Below are positions 46,707 to 54,877 of a stretch of DNA of 64,000 nucleotides, piece by piece. The stretch is from an uncultured Pedosphaera sp. (GTDB taxonomy: Bacteria; Verrucomicrobiota; Verrucomicrobiia; Limisphaerales; UBA1100): assembly GCA_964533265.1 (NCBI GenBank), contig CAZHJW010000001.1, positions 53,254 to 117,253 of the forward strand, given 5' to 3'. Under the pieces are notes generated by a model, which was not told the DNA's origin, made no database searches, and saw nothing but the letters and a program-made list of their open reading frames with translations. Within the stretch, counting starts at the first letter, position 1; every line of letters starts with the position of its first letter. The position numbers and the translations under genes are program-made.

Positions 46707-48601
46707 TCAATCCCATTTTGACGCTTGAGAATCATCTCTATAGCCTGATCCATCATCAGTTCAGCCATAGGCATCGTGACTTTATCCAGTCCTGAAACTG
46801 CGGATTTCAAGCCCGGCAAATCTCCGGTGGTCTTACCCGAAGCCTCCAGAATTGTTTCCACCTCTTGAATAGATGCCGTAATTGCATTACTGCAATCAAT
46901 TTCACCAGCAAAGGAATCTAGACCCAACCGGGCGGCATTGACAGCCTCTTTGGCTTTTGCAGCTGCTTCAATCCATTTCCTAGAGTCCATATCTTCGAAT
47001 GCATGTTCCACCGACTGCTCAATCATCTCTTGCACTTGGTTTTCCTCAACATTTATTGCCGAGGATAGGGAGACTATCTTCTCAAGCCCTGTTTTAGTAT
47101 CGCGAGCCAAAACATTAAGGATTCCGTTCGCATCTATTTCGAATTGCACCCCCACTCTTGCAGCTCCTCTTTTAATGCGTTCAAATGCTATTTCAAAACG
47201 CCCGATGCTCCAATTATCTCCGGACTTCTCTCGCTCTCCCTGCAGAACATGAATCAACATCTTTTCCTGCCCGTCAACCGCATTGGTAAATATCTCGCCC
47301 GCCCTAGTGGGGATTGTTGTATTCCTCGGTATAATAACATTCATTAATCCCCCAAACGTTTCCAGCCCTAAGGACAATGGGGTTACGTCGAGCAGAAGCA
47401 GGCCAGATACTTCTCCAGATAATATTGCTCCCTGAATAGACGCTCCTAGAGCCACAGCTTCATCAGGGTTGGTGCTCACGTTAAGGATTGGCCCTTTTAT
47501 TTTATGAAATGAATCCCCCAATCGGATGCCACCAGAGATTTCCTCATATTCCGGACATTCAAACCATTCTGCAACCAATCTCCTGACTAATGGCATGCGT
47601 GTTTGACCTCCAACCAATACAACTTGTGACAAGTCTTTTGCGTTAAGTCCGGAATCTCCCAATGCACGCATGCAATGAGCTCGAGTGCGTTCCAGAGTTG
47701 GTAAGGCTAATTTTTCGATTTCACCACGAGTTACATCACATTCGAAGCTGAGATCCGAGGAGATGAACGGGAGCTTAATGGAGGTTGACATACTTGAGCT
47801 AAGGCTGATCTTAACCTTTTCCGCTTCCGCATTCACTCTCGCCAAGGCTGTTGCATCCAATTCCCTGTCAATCTTTGCTCTCATCCAACTCGCAATCTCT
47901 GAGTCAATATCATCCCCTCCTAAGGCTGTGTTACCATGCGTAGCCAAAACCTCAAACACCCCCTCGCGAATCTCCAGTATAGATAAATCAAAAGTTCCTC
48001 CACCAAAGTCGTAAACCGCTACCCTAGAACCCTCTTCCAAAGATTTGAGACCACATGCCAAAGCAGCAGCTGTAGGCTCATTTATGATTCTCTCTACAGT
48101 AAATCCTGCTAATTCACCCGCTCGTTTTGTCGCTAGGCGTTCGCCATCATTAAAATAGGCAGGGACGGTAATTACAGCACGATCTACGGTTTCACACAAA
48201 ACGCTTTCCGCTGTGCGTTTAAGTGCCTTTAAAATTTCAGCAGAGACGGCTTCGGGGAGTTGGATTCCGCCGTCAATTTCAACTCCTATCGGGTTTTCTG
48301 AAACCTTGCACCCCCACCCCTCTAAATTGACTTTTTCTGTCTTTCCGATTAGTCGTTTAATTGAGCTAACTGTACGCTCTGGTTGAGAGAACTGCATACG
48401 CCTCGCAGGCTCGCCGACCAAAATATTTCCAGATTCAGGGTAATGTACTATTGAAGGCAGAAGACGCCCCCCGTTCTCATCGGCTAATATGCCTGGAATT
48501 CCAGCATCCATAACCGCGACGGCCGAATTAGTGGTCCCTAAATCAATCCCTACAATTTTGCTCACGCGCAAAGCTTGCAATGTTATCGAAGTGTTGTCCA
48601 C
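46703..48601 (-). CDS. Hsp70-family chaperone, HscA-like
   Basis: 632-aa ORF with a GTG start (an alternative GTG lies at 48565). It has IVGIDLGTTNSAVAV, DFGGGTFD and VLVGGQTRMP blocks. The N-terminal region resembles HscA more than DnaK (LLPSIVHY...SSIKRLIGK). No isc genes are nearby. Confidence 0.85.
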   Translation of the reverse strand: MDNTSITLQALRVSKIVGIDLGTTNSAVAVMDAGIPGILADENGGRLLPSIVHYPESGNILVGEPARRMQFSQPERTVSSIKRLIGKTEKVNLEGWGCKVSENPIGVEIDGGIQLPEAVSAEILKALKRTAESVLCETVDRAVITVPAYFNDGERLATKRAGELAGFTVERIINEPTAAALACGLKSLEEGSRVAVYDFGGGTFDLSILEIREGVFEVLATHGNTALGGDDIDSEIASWMRAKIDRELDATALARVNAEAEKVKISLSSSMSTSIKLPFISSDLSFECDVTRGEIEKLALPTLERTRAHCMRALGDSGLNAKDLSQVVLVGGQTRMPLVRRLVAEWFECPEYEEISGGIRLGDSFHKIKGPILNVSTNPDEAVALGASIQGAILSGEVSGLLLLDVTPLSLGLETFGGLMNVIIPRNTTIPTRAGEIFTNAVDGQEKMLIHVLQGEREKSGDNWSIGRFEIAFERIKRGAARVGVQFEIDANGILNVLARDTKTGLEKIVSLSSAINVEENQVQEMIEQSVEHAFEDMDSRKWIEAAAKAKEAVNAARLGLDSFAGEIDCSNAITASIQEVETILEASGKTTGDLPGLKSAVSGLDKVTMPMAELMMDQAIEMILKRQNGID

Positions 48602-48609
48602 TCTGCCCG

Positions 48610-49212
48610 ATGCACTGCTTGGTTACTGCTGGAGCTACCGTCGAGCCAATCGATGAAGTTCGGCATTTGACCAATCAATCTACTGGCCGGCTTGGATCTG
48701 CTCTCGCGGAAAAACTACACCGATCGAAGCATCAAGTGACTCTTCTACTCTCTGAAACAGCACAGAAAATTCCCCGGTCTGACAATATCGAAATTCATAA
48801 TTTTACGACAACTGCATCTCTTGAAAAACTGATTAAAGATATGGCTAAAGTGGATATCTCTGCAGTTTTCCATGCAGCTGCGGTCAGTGACTTCACTCCT
48901 GTTCAGCTTCTAAACGGTAAGATTGATTCAAATACACCATTTACCTTAAAACTAAAGCCAACTAAAAAAATCATCAATGACCTACGCAACATGTATCCAA
49001 ATTCATTGCTGATCGGTTGGAAATATGAAATAGAAGGAAATCACCGCTCATTACTTCTGAAGGGGCAGGAGCAAATAGCACGTTGCAGCACCGATGGCTG
49101 CGTGTTAAACGGACCTGCATACGGCAAGGGATTTGGACTTCTCCAAGAGGAGGTCCGTCACTGTGATAACGACGATGATTTGTTCTGCAACCTCGTCACA
49201 TTGCTTCAGTGA
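48610..49212 (+). CDS. coaB: phosphopantothenate--cysteine ligase domain protein (standalone CoaB-like)
   Basis: The likely start is the ATG at 48610 (MHCLVTAGATVEPIDEVRHLTNQSTGRLGSALAEKL), which gives the CoaB/DFP C-terminal-domain signature. No CoaC flavoprotein domain is fused. Confidence 0.75.
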   Translation: MHCLVTAGATVEPIDEVRHLTNQSTGRLGSALAEKLHRSKHQVTLLLSETAQKIPRSDNIEIHNFTTTASLEKLIKDMAKVDISAVFHAAAVSDFTPVQLLNGKIDSNTPFTLKLKPTKKIINDLRNMYPNSLLIGWKYEIEGNHRSLLLKGQEQIARCSTDGCVLNGPAYGKGFGLLQEEVRHCDNDDDLFCNLVTLLQ

Positions 49213-50899
49213 CCTCGATCCCAAGTGCATCAAGGCCTCTCTGCAACACTCGAGCAGTTAATTCACAAAGCGCCAACCGGCTTTGCCGTTTTCTCTCTTC
49301 AGCCTTTATGACAGGGCATGCCTCATAAAAACGGCTGAAGTGCCCAGCCAATTCAAAAAGGTAATTACAGAGATAATTAGGGCGATGATCTTCAGCAACC
49401 ATTTCCAAGGTGTGCCCAAAATTCATCAAATGCATGGCAAGCGATAACTCCTCTTTATCTTCTAAATGAATGGCTGTCTTCTTCCAGTCAGGCACTTTGG
49501 TTTTTCTAAAGATGCTCCGAACTCGCGTGTAAGCATATTGCAGATATGGCGCTGTATTTCCCTGCAAAGAAAGCATCTTGTCCCAATCAAAAACATAATC
49601 GCTTTGTCGATTATTCGATAAATCAGAATATTTCAACGCACCTAACCCAATTACTCTTGCGATCTCCCGTCTCACCACCTCACTCAAGTCCGGGTTTTTT
49701 TGGGTAACTACATCAAACGCTCGCTCTTCGGCTTCGTCCAGTAAATCAGACAGTCTTACTGTTTGTCCGCTGCGGGTTTTAAAAGGCTTGCCGTCCGGAC
49801 CTAAGATGGAACCGAACCATACATGTTCCAATTCAAGCTCTAGGCCCGGTCGCCAGCGCCTGAAAATACTGAAAAGTTGTTGGAAATGGAGCTGCTGGCG
49901 TCCATCAGTTACATAGACGATCTTATCGGGAGACCACTCATTAAGGCGGTATTCCAAAGTGGCTAAATCAGTGGTAGTGTAATTTGCTGCCCCATCGCTC
50001 TTTTGCACGATAGCTGGCTTGTCTCCTAGAGACTTATCGCCAGGGAACCGAACGATCAATGCTCCCTCGCTTTCTTCTGCAATATGATGTTCCTGTAGTT
50101 GTTTGACTGTCGCATCAAGGAGTGGATTGTAGAAGCTTTCCCCCAAAGTCTCGTTGAAGCGGATCCCCAGTCGTCCATAGACTAAATCAAACTGCTCCTG
50201 GGATAAGGCAATCATCCTTCTCCAGATAACAATATTCCTTTCATCACCCTGCTGTAGCTTCACAAGCTCTGCGCGCGCATCTTTTCTCAGAGGCTCATTT
50301 GCGTTTATCTCCTTGTAGAGTCGGCCCAACTCCGTAATAGCATCCTTTTTGAGAGCATCCTCATTGAGGATCGTCTTCCATCCCAATAACAGTATTCCGA
50401 ACTGAGTGCCCCAATCCCCGATATGGTTATCAGTAATAACTTCGTGCCCCAAAAGCCGCATTACGCGTGCCAGGCTATCCCCGAGAACCGTTGAACGGAT
50501 ATGCCCGACATGCATTGGCTTAGCTACGTTTGGGGAGCTGAAGTCAATAACAACCGTACACGGGCGTTCCACCCTCTTAACAAATGGGCAATCCTGCCCA
50601 AAGGCTGAACTCAAAGTCCTCTCGATTACCGATGTTTTCAGCTTGAAGTTTAAAAAACCTGGGCCAGCTATTTCAACAGGCTCGCATAATTCCGATAATT
50701 CTAGAATCCCCACGACCTGATCGGCTAAGCGCCTTGGATTCATTTGTCGTTTTTTAGCCAGCGCCATCAGGGCGTTGCTTTGGTAATCACCATGTTTGGG
50801 GTCGGCGCAGGGACGAACTAAAACACGTTCGTTTTCAGCGTCAGGAAGCAGCTGCATTATCGCATTAAGAAGCCGATGTTCGATCTCAGCTTGAATCAC
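49196..50899 (-). CDS. argS: arginine--tRNA ligase
   Basis: 567-aa ORF. It has the class I HIGH-type motif SPNVAKPMHVGHIRSTVLGD and a DALR anticodon-binding C-terminus ending in M. Confidence 0.93.
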   Translation of the reverse strand: MIQAEIEHRLLNAIMQLLPDAENERVLVRPCADPKHGDYQSNALMALAKKRQMNPRRLADQVVGILELSELCEPVEIAGPGFLNFKLKTSVIERTLSSAFGQDCPFVKRVERPCTVVIDFSSPNVAKPMHVGHIRSTVLGDSLARVMRLLGHEVITDNHIGDWGTQFGILLLGWKTILNEDALKKDAITELGRLYKEINANEPLRKDARAELVKLQQGDERNIVIWRRMIALSQEQFDLVYGRLGIRFNETLGESFYNPLLDATVKQLQEHHIAEESEGALIVRFPGDKSLGDKPAIVQKSDGAANYTTTDLATLEYRLNEWSPDKIVYVTDGRQQLHFQQLFSIFRRWRPGLELELEHVWFGSILGPDGKPFKTRSGQTVRLSDLLDEAEERAFDVVTQKNPDLSEVVRREIARVIGLGALKYSDLSNNRQSDYVFDWDKMLSLQGNTAPYLQYAYTRVRSIFRKTKVPDWKKTAIHLEDKEELSLAMHLMNFGHTLEMVAEDHRPNYLCNYLFELAGHFSRFYEACPVIKAEERKRQSRLALCELTARVLQRGLDALGIEVTEAM

Positions 50900-50904
50900 C
50901 GTAT

Positions 50905-51366
50905 CTACTCAGCTGGTTGACTGATTATTTGCTGAATCGCTGCAGCATCTTGTGCGCTTTCGAGTGACTCACGAAATTCGCGGTTATGCAGTAATTTGGC
51001 AATATTTGCCAATGTGTTTAGATGTTTTTGGAACTGGCCTTGAGGGACCAGAAAAAGAACCACCAAATTTACTGGCTGATTGTCCAAAGCCTCAAAATCA
51101 ATACCGTTTGCCGAACGCCCAAGAGCTCCGACCACTTCGTCAATGGCTTCAGTGGCTGCATGCGGTATGCCGATGCCAAAACCGATGCCGGTGCTCATTG
51201 ATTTTTCCCGTTTCTTTATAACCTCTGTAATGGTCTCACGACTATCCTTCTTGATAGCTCCGCTTGAGATAAGTTTATCGACCAACTCATCAATAGCAGC
51301 CCAACGGTCACCAGCCTTCAGATTTGGTTCTATATGATCGGCTTGAACAATATCACTTAACGTCAT
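50905..51366 (-). CDS. ptsN: PTS EIIA(Ntr)-type regulatory protein
   Basis: 153-aa ORF. It has the EIIA_2 fold pattern with a phosphorylatable His in GIGFGIGIPHA. It lies 5 nt upstream of argS. Confidence 0.8.
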   Translation of the reverse strand: MTLSDIVQADHIEPNLKAGDRWAAIDELVDKLISSGAIKKDSRETITEVIKKREKSMSTGIGFGIGIPHAATEAIDEVVGALGRSANGIDFEALDNQPVNLVVLFLVPQGQFQKHLNTLANIAKLLHNREFRESLESAQDAAAIQQIISQPAE

Positions 51367-51385
51367 TTCGCGAGGCCATTTCGCC

Positions 51386-52099
51386 TCAGCCAGAAGTTGA
51401 ATTCAAGACTGAATTGATGGTAGTTAGGGCATTTGCCGCTAAATCCACGATTATAAGATAAGTTTCTGACACTCCATTGAAAAGTGAACGAGCCATCTGC
51501 TCAGTTCCAATGCTGCCAGAGACAAGTCTTATACCCAAAAACACAACTAGAGTATTCCCGATAAAAATAATAACCGCGGAAAAAAGATATCCTTGAGAAA
51601 TAATATCTGGTTGACGTGAGTGGAGAAAATCCCGAGTCAGCAGCACGTGAAAAGAATAGGCTAAGCCCAGAGCCCAGAAAAATGTTGCCCAAGCCAGGTG
51701 TCCTTCCCATCCCAAAAGTTGGCGCCCCAATGCGAATACAACGAAAACCATTATAGCATATATTGGAATAAAATACGGCGCTAATGTCACAAAGAAATTG
51801 TCACGGGTCACATAGACGTGTCCTCCATCGCTTCCGACTTTCATGCCCTTAACACGCCCACCGCAAAGCATTGTGGCGATTGCATGAGTAAATTCATGCC
51901 CAAGGACATAAGCCCACATCGGCTTTGGTAAGCAGAAATACAATAAGCCCATACACGTGGCGCCCGCCAAAAGCGGCGCCATCACTATCCCGTTAAATTG
52001 AACCTGTGATGATATCTCCCATAATGCCCGGCCAACTCCTGCACATACAGGGAGCAACAATACCGCGAAAACCAACTTAAACCTCCGAAGCACTGTCAT
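51386..52099 (-). CDS. M50B-like integral membrane putative zinc metallopeptidase
   Basis: 237-aa polytopic membrane ORF. It has the HExxH motif (LGHEFTHAIATMLCGGRVKGMKVGSDGGHVYV), as in the Peptidase_M50B family. Confidence 0.6.
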   Translation of the reverse strand: MTVLRRFKLVFAVLLLPVCAGVGRALWEISSQVQFNGIVMAPLLAGATCMGLLYFCLPKPMWAYVLGHEFTHAIATMLCGGRVKGMKVGSDGGHVYVTRDNFFVTLAPYFIPIYAIMVFVVFALGRQLLGWEGHLAWATFFWALGLAYSFHVLLTRDFLHSRQPDIISQGYLFSAVIIFIGNTLVVFLGIRLVSGSIGTEQMARSLFNGVSETYLIIVDLAANALTTINSVLNSTSG

Positions 52100-52187
52100 A
52101 AATTAGCACAATGCAGCAACCAATACGAGGTCAAACCGTTAATGAGTTGACGTTGCTATGTAAACTCAGAGCAATTAACCTCCAGAC

Positions 52188-52754
52188 ATGACACAGGATG
52201 AGGCTCTGGATATATTCCATAAAACTGGAGCACTACTGAAAGGGCATTTTATTTTACGAAGCGGGCTGCGGAGCCGCGAATTCTTTCAATGCGCCACCGC
52301 TCTACAGCAAATGCCAGTTGTGGAACAATTAGGACAAGGATTAGCTGACAAGGTTCGAGAGTTAGACATCGCAACGGTAGTCGCACCCGCGATGGGAGGC
52401 CTAGTGATCGGCCAAGAGGTAGCGCGACAATTAGGTGTACGGTTTGTTTTTCTTGAGAAGGAAGATGGCGGATTGGTTTTACGAAGAGGGTTCCGGTTCA
52501 GCCCTGGAGAGAAAGTCTTGATAGTGGAAGATGTTGTTACGCGCGGAGGACGCGCTGATGAGACTGTAAATATCATCACCCAAGAAGGAGCTGAGTTGAT
52601 TGCCTTAGCCGTTTTAGTAGATCGCTCAAATGGGAAATATAAACCCAAAATCCCTTTTTACAGCCTCTTAACCATGAATGTTGAGACATACGGCCCTGAG
52701 GATTTACCTGAAAACCTAAAGTCCATCACCCCCGTTAAACCCGGAAGTAAATAA
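52188..52754 (+). CDS. pyrE: orotate phosphoribosyltransferase
   Basis: 188-aa ORF. It has the PRPP-binding motif VLIVEDVVTRGGR and the N-terminal block GHFILRSGLRSREFF. Confidence 0.88.
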   Translation: MTQDEALDIFHKTGALLKGHFILRSGLRSREFFQCATALQQMPVVEQLGQGLADKVRELDIATVVAPAMGGLVIGQEVARQLGVRFVFLEKEDGGLVLRRGFRFSPGEKVLIVEDVVTRGGRADETVNIITQEGAELIALAVLVDRSNGKYKPKIPFYSLLTMNVETYGPEDLPENLKSITPVKPGSK

Positions 52755-52756
52755 AG

Positions 52757-53281
52757 GTGCAAACATCAAAAATCACATTGGGAGGGGGTTGCTTTTGGTG
52801 CTTGGAGGCAATCTTTGAAAGGCTCAACGGGGTTATATCGGTGGTATCAGGTTACGCAGGTGGTCAAAAAGAAAACCCCACCTACCAGGAGGTTTGCGAC
52901 GGAGATACAGGTCATGCTGAGGTCATTCAAATACATTTTGAGACGAGCTGCATTACCTTAGAAGACATCCTTGAGGTCTTTTGGCAAGCGCATGACCCAA
53001 CCACTCTTAATCGACAAGGAAACGACATAGGCACTCAATATCGTTCGACCATCATGCCTAATGATGAGAAGCAGAAAGAAATAGCTCTGAAATCAATGGA
53101 AAAATGGGAAGGGGGATTTGAGTCACCCATTGTGACAAAAATTGAGCCAATTAATGTTTTTTACGAAGCAGAAGAATGTCATCAGGACTATTTTCGCTTA
53201 AACTCCAAAGCTCCCTACTGCGCCTTCTCAATCGAACCCAAAATTAAGAAGCTTAAAGATAATAACATTCTCCCGAGTTAA
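52757..53281 (+). CDS. msrA: peptide-methionine (S)-S-oxide reductase
   Basis: 174-aa ORF with a GTG start. The active-site motif is GGGCFWCLEAIF, and GHAEVIQI and QYRS blocks are present. Confidence 0.92.
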   Translation: MQTSKITLGGGCFWCLEAIFERLNGVISVVSGYAGGQKENPTYQEVCDGDTGHAEVIQIHFETSCITLEDILEVFWQAHDPTTLNRQGNDIGTQYRSTIMPNDEKQKEIALKSMEKWEGGFESPIVTKIEPINVFYEAEECHQDYFRLNSKAPYCAFSIEPKIKKLKDNNILPS

Positions 53282-53317
53282 GACCCCGGTTAAAGAGTCC
53301 GCTTTTTTCGGGGTTTC

Positions 53318-53349
53318 TTGACGAAAGCCGTCTAATCAAGTTGTATAAT
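53318..53349 (+). promoter_or_regulatory. candidate sigma70-like promoter for the paralog pair (TTGACG ... TATAAT)
   Basis: TTGACG is at 53318-53323 and TATAAT at 53344-53349. The 20-nt spacer is longer than the 17-nt optimum. TG immediately precedes the -10 hexamer. Confidence 0.3.
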
Positions 53350-54868
53350 GTGCCGAATGAGACGTTCAGTCTTAATAATTTTGATGATAACCCTGCTGCC
53401 CGCAGTAGCTTGGGCTCAGAAGCAGCCTTTACCGCAAAAAGGAGCACTAGAAATAGGTCGAAAAGTATTAAGGCAACAGATTGCAATCCCGGCTGCTACG
53501 ACCGTGCCGATACTTAATTTCACGAAACGCCTAAAGGATGAGCATATTGAACTTAAGAGTGGTGATATCTTCAGAGGATCTTTCGAAGGCCTTGACGCCA
53601 AAAGCGGTATTATATGGAATCACCCTTACGTATCTCCTCAGCTGATAATTACGCCATCACACGTAAAACACATTCAATTTGGGAATAATCAGAATCTAGG
53701 CAGGGCAAAAAAACACTCCTCTAAAATTACGCTAGTTAACGGAGATGGTCTTTCAGGTGATTTAATCGGATTAAAGGATGGAAAGTTGACGCTGAACACC
53801 TGGTACGGCGGGGAAATACAAATCGAACAATCAGCCATAAAATCCCTAATCCCAGGCTTTACTGCCCTAAAGACTTTTTACGAGGGACCTAACAATGTTC
53901 GTGATTGGGTTTTCTACGACGCATCAAGCGGCAAGTTAATCAAGGAATTAGAACCAGACTCAAACGCATCTCAGATAGAAGCCAAGACCAGGCAGATCAA
54001 CACAGCTCAGGGGACATGGAGGTTTAATGAGGGAGCCTTGGAGGCTAAGTACAGCCAAGCTCGAGTTGGCAGGAAATTCAAAGAAATGCCCGGTCGGGCG
54101 CGATTTGATTTTGATGTTGAATGGTCTGGCTATATGAATCTTTACGTTAATTTCCTGACTGACCGGATGGACTCCTACTCAACGGGAAACTCGTACTGCC
54201 TGAGGCTGAACACCTCTTACGCTTATCTCTACCGTTACACGCGTCGAAACGGGGTTGGTGGTGGCCGCAACATGGGCTCCAATGTCAGGATAAACTTAAA
54301 CCAACTTGGCAACCGAGCCAGGGTTTCCATTCGTGTCGATCGAGGCAAAGGCATCATTGCTCTGTACATTAATGAGAAATTTCTCAAAAAATGGGAGGAT
54401 GTGCAAAAGAATGAATTCCCGAAAGATGCACATGGGCTTCTGTTTACATCGATGAGCTCCAATTCAGTGACGATTAATAATATTTCAGTCTCGGAATGGA
54501 ACGGGAGCCTGCCCAACGAAAAAAATATAACCCTCGATAACGGCAAAGAAGATTTTATTTTATTTGTTAATGAGGACAGCGTGAGCGGAAATTTACTAAG
54601 CATCCAGGAAGGGAATATCACTTTCAAAACCAGCTTTGCTGAACTGCCGATCCCCCTTAAGAATATAAGCCAAATAAACCTTGCTCGCCCTAATGAAAAG
54701 CTAAACGCTCCCAAGGGTTCAGTTCGCGCCGTATTAAAAGGGAATACAGGCAGCCTGACTGGTTTAATATCTGGCTGGCGTAACGGTAAGATCACACTGA
54801 TAAGCCCCTTCTTTGAGAAGGCCTCATTCGATGATCAAGCTTTTGAGAGAATAGAATTTAACCCCTAA
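53348..54868 (+). CDS. secreted modular protein of unknown function (paralog 1): four ~45-aa repeat modules flanking a concanavalin/LamG-like core
   Basis: 506-aa ORF (alternative ATG at 53357). It has a signal peptide RRSVLIILMITLLPAVAWAQ. The repeated pattern (x-L-x-NGD-x-hydrophobic-x-G...) occurs twice N-terminally and twice C-terminally. It is collinear with the next ORF. Confidence 0.7.
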   Translation: MCRMRRSVLIILMITLLPAVAWAQKQPLPQKGALEIGRKVLRQQIAIPAATTVPILNFTKRLKDEHIELKSGDIFRGSFEGLDAKSGIIWNHPYVSPQLIITPSHVKHIQFGNNQNLGRAKKHSSKITLVNGDGLSGDLIGLKDGKLTLNTWYGGEIQIEQSAIKSLIPGFTALKTFYEGPNNVRDWVFYDASSGKLIKELEPDSNASQIEAKTRQINTAQGTWRFNEGALEAKYSQARVGRKFKEMPGRARFDFDVEWSGYMNLYVNFLTDRMDSYSTGNSYCLRLNTSYAYLYRYTRRNGVGGGRNMGSNVRINLNQLGNRARVSIRVDRGKGIIALYINEKFLKKWEDVQKNEFPKDAHGLLFTSMSSNSVTINNISVSEWNGSLPNEKNITLDNGKEDFILFVNEDSVSGNLLSIQEGNITFKTSFAELPIPLKNISQINLARPNEKLNAPKGSVRAVLKGNTGSLTGLISGWRNGKITLISPFFEKASFDDQAFERIEFNP

Positions 54869-54877
54869 CCAAGAGCC

